Source: Candidatus Methylomirabilota bacterium (GTDB taxonomy: Bacteria; Methylomirabilota; Methylomirabilia; Rokubacteriales; CSP1-6). Taken from it: DNA of 64,000 nucleotides. Shown here one piece after another: positions 44,683-51,767 of the stretch (position 1 is its first letter; each line of letters begins with the position of its first letter). Under the pieces are notes generated by a model, which searched no databases, was not told where the DNA came from, and saw only the letters and a program-made list of their open reading frames with translations. Position numbers and translations under genes: made by a program. Where the stretch lies: NCBI GenBank assembly GCA_035764725.1, contig DASTYT010000130.1, forward strand, positions 364 to 64,363, read 5' to 3'.

Positions 44683-47364
44683 ATGGCCGGCGCGTTTTCC
44701 GCCTCCGAGGTCGAGGGATCCGTCCCCGCCCGGTTTGCGCGCGTCGCCGCCGCGCGTGGCGATGCCCTCGCCATCGTGGGTGATGACCGGCGCCTCACGT
44801 ATCGCGAGTTGGACCGGCGCTCGGACGCGGTGGCCAGGGCCATCCTGGGAGCGGGCGGCGCGGACGACCTCCCGATAGCGGTGCACGCCGACGTGCCCGC
44901 CGCGACCATCCTCGCCATGCTCGCCACCTGGAAGGCAGGCCGCTTCTGCGTGCCTCTCGATCCGACCCTGCCGCCGGCGCGACTCGAGGCGATCCTGCGC
45001 GACGCGGAAGCATCGCTCGTCGTCACCGACGGGGCGCCGTCCTTCGACGTCGGCGCGCGGCCCGTGATCCGGCTGGAGGCCCTCGACCTCGATGCCGGGG
45101 TCCCGCCGCTCCGCCCCGAGGTCGGCGCCGACGCGCTCGCGTGCCTTCTCTACACGTCCGGCTCCACCGGCGAGCCCAAGGGCGTCGTGCGCACCCATCG
45201 CAACCTGCTCCACCGCGCGCGCTGCGCGGTGGGTTCCCTCGGCATCGGCCCCGACGATCGCGTGAGCGCGCTGCATTCCCCGGCCTTTGGCGCGGGGCTC
45301 CGCGACGTGCTCGCCGCGCTCCTGGGCGGCGCGACCCTTCTGCCATTCGACGTGCGGCGGGCGGGCATGGCCGCGCTCGCCGAGTGGATCGAGCGCGAGG
45401 CCATCACCGTGCTCTGCGCCGTGGTCACCACGCTCCGCCACTTCCTGGGCAGCCTGGACACCCAGCGACGCTTTCCTTCGATCCGAATCGTTCGCCTGGG
45501 CAGCGAGGCGCTGTTCCGCGAGGACGTTGAGCGGCTCCGGGCGCGCCTCGCCCCCGGCTGTGTGCTGGTGGCGGGCTACGGCGCCAGCGAGGCCAGCGGC
45601 ATCGTCGAATACCGCATCGGTCCCGACACCGCGCTCGCGCCGGGCCGCGTGCCGGCGGGCTATCCGCTCGAGGGCGTGGAGATCCTCATCCTCGGCGAGG
45701 ACGGAGCTCCGCGGGCCGCCGGGGAGAGCGGGGAGATCGCCGTGCGCAGCCGCTATCTCTCGCCGGGCTACTGGCGGCGTCCCGACCGCACGCGCGCCAC
45801 GTTCTCGGGCGATGCGACGGGCAACGCCCCACGCGTCTACCGCACCGGCGACCTCGGGCGGCTCGCCCCCGACGGCTGCCTCGAGCTGATCGGCCGTCTC
45901 GATCACCAGGTGAAAGTCCGCGGTTATCTCGTGCACCCCGACGAGATCGAGCGGCACCTGCTCGAGCACGAGGAGATCCGCCAGGCGGCGGTGGCGGGGC
46001 AAGAGGACGCCTCCGGCAACACGCGGATTGTCGCCTATGTGGTGCCGGCGGGAGACAGCGCGCCCACACCCGCGGCCCTCCGGGCATTCCTCGGCGCGCG
46101 CCTGCCAGAGTACATGATGCCCGCAATGTTCGTACACCTGGCGACCCTACCCGTCACCCCTAGTGGCAAGGTCGATCGCGCCGCCCTGCCTCCCGCGGAG
46201 GCCGCCGGCCGGCCCGGATTCGTCCACCTCCGCAATCCCCTTGAGCATCAGATCGCGAGCATCTGGGAGGCTCTGCTCGGCGTTCGTCCCATCGGCGCGA
46301 CCGATGACTTCTTCGAGCTCGGCGGCAGCTCGCTCCACGCCGCCGCCTTCGTCGCTTCGCTCGAGCGCGTCTGCGGCCGGGTCATCCCACCGTCGGCGCT
46401 GCTGGAGGCGAGCACCGTCGGTGCCCTGGCAGCCGCTCTCCTCGCGAACCGCGCTTGGCTGCGCAAGCCGCTCCTCACTCTGCGCGCGCGGGGGAAGCGG
46501 CTCCCGTTCTTCTACCTTCACGGCGACTACAACGGCGGGGGCCTCTACTGTCACGCCCTCGCGCGTGGCCTGGATCCCGAGCGTCCGTTCTACGTGCTCC
46601 ATCCCCACGGAATCGATGGGCGTGCCGTGCCCTCGACTATCGAGGAGATGGCGGTGGACCGGCTCGCGATTCTCCGCGCCGCCCGGCCCCATGGGCCGTA
46701 TCTGCTGGGCGGCTACTGCAACGGCGCCTTCGTCGCGCTCGAGATGGCGCGGCGGCTTCGCGCCGAGGGCGAGTGGGTCGGAGTCACCATCCTCGTCGAG
46801 TCGCAGGCGCCGACCGGCGCGCAGGTTGCACTCCAGCGCGTCGTGGATCGCGTCGGCACGCTGCGCGGCTTCTCGGACGGGTCGCGCAGGCGGATCGCCG
46901 CGCGCGTCGATCACCTGTCGGACCGGATCACGCGGTGGAGCCAGTACTACGGAGGTCGGGTGCGCGAGCTCCGGGTGTCGTCATGGACCCAGAAGGCCGC
47001 CCTCGCCCGGCGTGCGCTCGCCAGTTGGGCGCGCGGCATCGTGCGACGGCTGGGCCTCGTCCGCGCGTCCGAACGTCCACCAGCCCCGGCGCAGCCAACC
47101 CTCGGCCGCCGCCATGTCTACCGCGCCACGCTGCGGCGCTACGCACCCCCGCCGTTCGACGGGCGCACCGTGTTACTGCGTGCGGAGGGTGAGCCCGCGC
47201 ACCGGCACGATCTCGGCTGGTCGCGCCTGATCCCGAAGGTCGAGGTCGGCGTCATTCCCGGAGAGCACCTGACCTGTATCACCCGACACGTGGACGCATT
47301 CGCCGTGCGCCTCGAGGCGATCCTCAAGACCGCGGACACCGCATCGCAAGGAGAGAAGCCATGA
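44683..47364 (+). CDS. stand-alone NRPS-like synthetase, domain order A-T-TE (no condensation domain)
   Basis: 893 aa from the ATG at 44683. A-domain cores: LYTSGSTGEPKGV (A3), YRTGDLG (A7), GRLDHQVKVRGYLVHPDEIE (A8), PSGKVDRAAL (A10). Carrier motif FFELGGSSL (Ser550, 46330-46332). TE: FFYLHGDYNGGG, GGYCNGAFVALEMA (Cys679, 46717-46719), IPGEHLTCI. The A4 motif reads AFGAG instead of FDxS (Gly203 in place of the Asp235-equivalent). Confidence 0.9.
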   Translation: MAGAFSASEVEGSVPARFARVAAARGDALAIVGDDRRLTYRELDRRSDAVARAILGAGGADDLPIAVHADVPAATILAMLATWKAGRFCVPLDPTLPPARLEAILRDAEASLVVTDGAPSFDVGARPVIRLEALDLDAGVPPLRPEVGADALACLLYTSGSTGEPKGVVRTHRNLLHRARCAVGSLGIGPDDRVSALHSPAFGAGLRDVLAALLGGATLLPFDVRRAGMAALAEWIEREAITVLCAVVTTLRHFLGSLDTQRRFPSIRIVRLGSEALFREDVERLRARLAPGCVLVAGYGASEASGIVEYRIGPDTALAPGRVPAGYPLEGVEILILGEDGAPRAAGESGEIAVRSRYLSPGYWRRPDRTRATFSGDATGNAPRVYRTGDLGRLAPDGCLELIGRLDHQVKVRGYLVHPDEIERHLLEHEEIRQAAVAGQEDASGNTRIVAYVVPAGDSAPTPAALRAFLGARLPEYMMPAMFVHLATLPVTPSGKVDRAALPPAEAAGRPGFVHLRNPLEHQIASIWEALLGVRPIGATDDFFELGGSSLHAAAFVASLERVCGRVIPPSALLEASTVGALAAALLANRAWLRKPLLTLRARGKRLPFFYLHGDYNGGGLYCHALARGLDPERPFYVLHPHGIDGRAVPSTIEEMAVDRLAILRAARPHGPYLLGGYCNGAFVALEMARRLRAEGEWVGVTILVESQAPTGAQVALQRVVDRVGTLRGFSDGSRRRIAARVDHLSDRITRWSQYYGGRVRELRVSSWTQKAALARRALASWARGIVRRLGLVRASERPPAPAQPTLGRRHVYRATLRRYAPPPFDGRTVLLRAEGEPAHRHDLGWSRLIPKVEVGVIPGEHLTCITRHVDAFAVRLEAILKTADTASQGEKP

Positions 47365-48953
47365 CGTCGTCTATCACGATCGACGGCGGGTCCCTCACCG
47401 TGGAGGCCGTCGAGGCGGTCGCACGCCACGGCGCCCGCGTGGACCTCCACGGCGGCCGCGACGTCAACGATCGCATCGCGCGCTCCTACCTGCTCAATCA
47501 GCAGCTGATGGGGCGCGGCATGCCGATTTACGGCGTGACGACCGGGCTCGGCGACTCCGTCGACCGCCACATCGGCCTCGACCGGGCGGCGCGCCTCCAG
47601 GGCAATCTCATCGCGTACCTCGGCTGCGGCGTGGGCGAGTACATGCCGGTCGAGGAGTGCCGCGCCATGCTGCTGGCCCGCGTGAACTGCCTCGCCAAGG
47701 GCTATTCCGCCGTGCGCCCCGCCTTGATCGATCGCCTGATCGATCTGCTCAACCGCGACGTCATCCCGTGCATCCCGGCCATGGGCTCGGTGGGCGCGAG
47801 CGGCGATCTCATCCCGGCCTCCTACATCGCTGCGGTCGTGATGGGCAAGCGAGATGTCTATCACGGCGGGCGCGTGCGCCCGACCGCGGAGGTCTACGCG
47901 GAAGCCGGGCTCGCGCCGATGACGCTCGAGCCCAAGGAAGGCCTCGCGATGGTCAACGGCACCAACTTCATGACCGCGGTGGGCGCGCTCGCGCTGCAGG
48001 ACGCGCACCGCCTCGCCGTGATCGCGGACGCCTGCACCGCCCTGGCCACCGAGGCCCTCACCGGCATCACGGGGCCCTTCGACCCGTTCCTCCACGACAC
48101 CGCCAAGCCGCATCCCGGGCAGGTCGCCTCCGCCGCGCGCACCCTGCGCCTCCTTCGCGGCAGCCGACTCGCGCGCGACTACACGGAGCTGGTGCACGAG
48201 CTGGGCACGCTGGACAAGGGCTATCGCCGGCTGGAGGCCAAGATCCAGGACAAGTACTCGATCCGCTGCGCCCCGCAGTGCGTGGGGGCCCTCCACGACG
48301 TCGTGACCTGGACGCGGCAGATCCTCTCCATCGAGCTCAACTCGAGCAATGACAACCCGCTCTACGACCTCGAGGCGGGCACGGTGCGGAGCGGCGGCAA
48401 CTTCTCGGGCTTCCACGTCGCTCTCGCGATGGACACGCTGAAGACGGCGGTGGCGAGCGTGGCCGATCTGCTCGACCGGCAGTTCGAGCTGCTGAACGAC
48501 GAGAAGTACAACATGGGGCTGGGGATGTGCTGCACCAACCCGCTCCCCGACGATCATCCCGAGGCGGGCACACATCACGGCTTCAAGGGTATGCAGCTCG
48601 CCATCTCCGCGCTGACCGCGGAGGCCCTCAACGCCTGCACGCCGATGACCGTGTTCAGCCGCTCCACCGCGTGTCACAACCAGGACAAGGTCTCGATGGG
48701 CGCGACGGCGGCGCGGCAGGCGCGGGAGGTGGTGGACCTCACGCAGCGCGTGGCGGCGATCCACCTCCTGATCCTCTGTCAGGCCGCGGATCTCCGCGGG
48801 GCGGACCGCCTCGGCGAGGGCACTCGCCGTGTCTACGAGGCGGTGCGCAAGGTCTCCCCCTTCGTGGACTTCGACCGGGAGCTGCGGCCGGACATCGGGC
48901 GCGTCGTCGAGCTGATGTGCTCGGGCGTCCTGGTCGACGCCATCGAGGCCTAG
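47361..48953 (+). CDS. MIO-dependent aromatic amino acid ammonia-lyase / 2,3-aminomutase (HAL/PAL/TAL/TAM family)
   Basis: 530 aa, ATGA overlap with the synthetase gene. MIO-forming triad in GSVGASGDLIPAS (A146-S147-G148, 47796-47804). YGVTTGLGDS, NSSNDNPL and QDKVSMG family motifs. The substrate-selectivity position reads ..LQGNLIAYLGCGVG.. (Tyr-Leu). Confidence 0.9.
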   Translation: MTSSITIDGGSLTVEAVEAVARHGARVDLHGGRDVNDRIARSYLLNQQLMGRGMPIYGVTTGLGDSVDRHIGLDRAARLQGNLIAYLGCGVGEYMPVEECRAMLLARVNCLAKGYSAVRPALIDRLIDLLNRDVIPCIPAMGSVGASGDLIPASYIAAVVMGKRDVYHGGRVRPTAEVYAEAGLAPMTLEPKEGLAMVNGTNFMTAVGALALQDAHRLAVIADACTALATEALTGITGPFDPFLHDTAKPHPGQVASAARTLRLLRGSRLARDYTELVHELGTLDKGYRRLEAKIQDKYSIRCAPQCVGALHDVVTWTRQILSIELNSSNDNPLYDLEAGTVRSGGNFSGFHVALAMDTLKTAVASVADLLDRQFELLNDEKYNMGLGMCCTNPLPDDHPEAGTHHGFKGMQLAISALTAEALNACTPMTVFSRSTACHNQDKVSMGATAARQAREVVDLTQRVAAIHLLILCQAADLRGADRLGEGTRRVYEAVRKVSPFVDFDRELRPDIGRVVELMCSGVLVDAIEA

Positions 48954-49882
48954 CCGGTCTTCGAATACTTCCCGCTGAGCTGGGGCGTGGTCCCTTCCTC
49001 GCCCTTGTTCTGCCGGTCGAGCCGCGTCTCGCGGGACCACGTGCGCTTGAGATCGTCGCGCACGCCGAAGCGCAGGCGGCCCAGCCCCTCGGTCTCCAGC
49101 TCGATGCGGTCTCCGTCCTGGAAGCCCGAAAGCCCCCGGTGATTGGTGCCGGTGGCGAGGAGGTCGCCGGGCTCCAGGGCGTGAATGGAGGTCACCCACT
49201 CCACGCAGCGCGGGATCGTGTGGGCCATGTCGCTCGTGTTGAAGTTCTGCATGAGCGTGCCGTTGACCCAGAGCCGCACCTGGAGCTTGTGCGGGTCGGC
49301 GATCTCGTCCGCGGTCACGATGTAGGGGCCGATGGGCGCGAAGGTGTCCCGGCTCTTCATCTGGTAGAACGTGTTCCCGGCCGGGGGCAGGCCGCGCGCG
49401 GAGCCGTCGATGAAGTTCACGTAGCCGAACACATGGCGCATGGCGTCCGCCGCGCGCACCTTGGACGCGCGCGCCCCCATCACCAGCGCCACCTCGGCTT
49501 CGCCTTCGAAGATCGTGGCGGGCACGTCGGGCAAGATCATGGTGTCGCCGACCCCGATGATCGCCCCGGGGGATTTCAAGAAGGCGTTGATGGGCGCGGG
49601 CTCGCTGCGCGTGCCGTCCTCCATGTAGTTCACCGCCATGCAGGCGATGGTGCCGGGGCTCGGCAGCGGCGGCCGGAGGCGCACCTGGCCGAGGGGCACG
49701 CCCTTGCCCGCGTCGGCGGCGGCCTGGAGCCGGCCGCGATACTCGTCGAAGCGCGTGATGAGGCCGCGGATCAGGTCCTGGGCCTGAAGGCGCGGGATGT
49801 CGCGCGTGAGGTCGGTCACATCCACCACGATGTCGCCCTTGAGCACGCCCAGCCGCCACTCGTCGAAGAAGAGGATCTTCAC
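48950..49882 (-). CDS. fumarylacetoacetate hydrolase (FAH) family protein
   Basis: ..GEAEVALVMG.., ..FGYVNFIDGSAR.., ..GDLLATGTNHRG.. FAH-fold motifs. It is convergent with the MIO gene and overlaps it by 4 nt. Confidence 0.85.
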   Translation of the reverse strand: MKILFFDEWRLGVLKGDIVVDVTDLTRDIPRLQAQDLIRGLITRFDEYRGRLQAAADAGKGVPLGQVRLRPPLPSPGTIACMAVNYMEDGTRSEPAPINAFLKSPGAIIGVGDTMILPDVPATIFEGEAEVALVMGARASKVRAADAMRHVFGYVNFIDGSARGLPPAGNTFYQMKSRDTFAPIGPYIVTADEIADPHKLQVRLWVNGTLMQNFNTSDMAHTIPRCVEWVTSIHALEPGDLLATGTNHRGLSGFQDGDRIELETEGLGRLRFGVRDDLKRTWSRETRLDRQNKGEEGTTPQLSGKYSKTG

Positions 49883-49975
49883 GCGGGCCTCCTTTGGAAT
49901 GCTGCCTGGGTTGAGGCCCCCCGACTATACACCCCGGGCCGTCCCCCGTTGACAGGGGCGGCGCCATCGGGAACC

Positions 49976-50329
49976 ATGGCCAGCATGAGCCCCAAAGCGA
50001 TGGTCCTCGAGTTCGGGATGGGTGTGGACGTGCATGGCAACGATGTGACCAAGGCCGCGTGCCGCGGCGTCTCGGACGCCATCCGGCACTCGAGCCTTCC
50101 CCTGTTCCAGGACGTGCGCGCCCGCGGGGGCCGGATGCTCGTGGACGTCACGGTGGGTGTGCCCGATCCGGACAAGGTGGACGTCGAGCGGGTGCGTCGC
50201 GAGCTTCCGCACGGCGAGGTCACCGTGCACCCGGTGGCGGGCGGCCTCCGCGTACCCGGCGCCGACACCCTCATCGCGTGCGTCGCCATCACGGTGAGCG
50301 TGGACGACGGGAAGGGAGTCATGCCGTGA
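49976..50329 (+). CDS. Lin0512-family small conserved protein
   Basis: ..VLEFGMGVDVHGNDVTKAACRGVSDAIRHSSLP.. matches my recollection of the Lin0512 family (G.D.HG.D.TKAA.RA..DAI). Only the 3' end of the 600-aa ORF-track entry is credible. Confidence 0.55.
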   Translation: MASMSPKAMVLEFGMGVDVHGNDVTKAACRGVSDAIRHSSLPLFQDVRARGGRMLVDVTVGVPDPDKVDVERVRRELPHGEVTVHPVAGGLRVPGADTLIACVAITVSVDDGKGVMP

Positions 50330-50796
50330 CGACCACCGCCGTCGGCATCGGACTCAAGCGTCTTCAGCACCTCGTGCTCTGGGTGTCGAACGTCGAGCGC
50401 AGCGTCCGCTTCTACTGCGACCTCCTCGGCTTCGAGGTCAAGCATCGTCGTCCCCACGCCGCGTTCCTGAAGATTCCCGGCACCCCCGACGACCATCACC
50501 TGGGCCTGTTCGAGCAGCCGGGCGTGGCGCCGCCCCACGAGGGCGTCGCGCGGATGTACCACGCCGCCTGGGAGGTGGGCGCGCTCACCGACCTCGTCAC
50601 CGCGCAGCGGCGACTGGTCGAGGCGGGCGCGCTGGTGGGATCGTCGGATCACGGCGTGAGCCTCTCGCTCTACGCCAAGGACCCGGATGGGCTCGAGTTC
50701 GAGATCTTCTGGACACGCCCGGACGGCGTGCCCACGCCGACGCGCGCGCTCGACCTGGCCGGAGAGCTGGCGCGCCGGGGCCTCAAGGCGCCCTGA
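50326..50796 (+). CDS. VOC (glyoxalase/bleomycin-resistance/extradiol dioxygenase) family protein
   Basis: GTGA overlap with the upstream gene. ..LQHLVLWVSNVERSVRFYCDLLGFEV..HHLGLF..YHAAWEV..SLYAKDPDGLEFEIFW... Confidence 0.8.
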   Translation: MTTTAVGIGLKRLQHLVLWVSNVERSVRFYCDLLGFEVKHRRPHAAFLKIPGTPDDHHLGLFEQPGVAPPHEGVARMYHAAWEVGALTDLVTAQRRLVEAGALVGSSDHGVSLSLYAKDPDGLEFEIFWTRPDGVPTPTRALDLAGELARRGLKAP

Positions 50797-50848
50797 GCGC
50801 GCATCCTCTGCTATCATCGGCGACGGAGCCTCGACAAAGGAGACCGCC

Positions 50849-51409
50849 ATGGCCGTGAGCACGACCTACTCCCTCGAGCAGTTCCTCGCCGACACGCGCG
50901 CGACCATCCGGGCCAAGGGTGTCCCCTCCGGCCTCGCCGAGATCCGGGGCCATCTCGAGAAGCTCCTGCACAACCCGGAACTCCTCACGACCCATCTCGG
51001 GAACCCGGTCCCCTACACCGAGCGCGCCACCATCGCCCACGACCCCGAGACCGACATCCACGTGCTCGTGCACGGACGGGAGAAGGCCGGCAAGTCCTCG
51101 GTACACGACCACGGGCCGTGCTGGGTGATCTACGGGAACTACCGGAACCCCACGCGCATGCGCCGGTGGCGCCGGCTGGACGACGGTAGCCGGCCCGGCC
51201 ACGCGCGGGTGGAGCTCCAGCGGGAGTTCCTCAACGAGCCCGGGCACGCCGCGGTGTTCGCGGTGGGCGACATCCACTCCATCGAGTTCGGCGACGACAC
51301 CATCTTCATCCGCGTCACCGGCGGCGACGTCGAGACCAAGGAGACCCTGCGCTTCGACCCCGACAAGCAGACCGTCGAGGTCGCGAACCGCGCGCTCGGG
51401 CAGCGCTAG
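50849..51409 (+). CDS. cupin-fold protein, cysteine-dioxygenase-type-I-like
   Basis: ATG at 50849 follows AAGGAG. ..KSSVHDHGPCWVIYG.. and ..GDIHSIE.. are cupin metal motifs. Confidence 0.6.
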   Translation: MAVSTTYSLEQFLADTRATIRAKGVPSGLAEIRGHLEKLLHNPELLTTHLGNPVPYTERATIAHDPETDIHVLVHGREKAGKSSVHDHGPCWVIYGNYRNPTRMRRWRRLDDGSRPGHARVELQREFLNEPGHAAVFAVGDIHSIEFGDDTIFIRVTGGDVETKETLRFDPDKQTVEVANRALGQR

Positions 51410-51412
51410 GCC

Positions 51413-51730
51413 CTAGACCTTGCCCCAGTAGGCGCGCGCCGACGGGAAGACCGTCGCGCAGCGCGTGGGCTCGGTGGGCCCGTCGAGGGTGTCCGCGGCG
51501 GCACGCCACGTCGCGTAGTGCGGCATGGTCCGGTGCGCCTCCAGCGCGGCCTGGTCCTTGTAGACCTCGAGGAAGTAGTAGACGTTCGGATCCTTCTCGT
51601 CCTGCAGCACATTGAAGCGCAGACATCCCGGCTCGTCCCGCTCCGAGCCCAGCGCGTCCACCTCGATGGCGTCGAGGAACTTCTTCCGCTGATCCGGCTT
51701 GATTCGCACCTTCACCCACATCGCGAGCAT
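51413..51730 (-). CDS. antibiotic-biosynthesis-monooxygenase (ABM) fold protein / putative quinol monooxygenase
   Basis: ATG follows AAGGAG. ..VKVRIKPDQRKKFLDAIE..EPGCLRFNVLQDEKDPNVYYFLEVYKDQAALEAH.. is the ABM pattern. Confidence 0.8.
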   Translation of the reverse strand: MLAMWVKVRIKPDQRKKFLDAIEVDALGSERDEPGCLRFNVLQDEKDPNVYYFLEVYKDQAALEAHRTMPHYATWRAAADTLDGPTEPTRCATVFPSARAYWGKV

Positions 51731-51767
51731 GGCGGCTCCTTGTCGGTCGGGTCGACTGCCGCGGGGT

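Noticed and set aside
47139-49967. 942-aa minus-strand ORF, the longest ORF in the window
   Set aside because: It lies antisense to the TE domain and the entire MIO gene, and out of frame with the FAH gene. It has no recognisable domains, while the opposing genes have unambiguous catalytic motifs.
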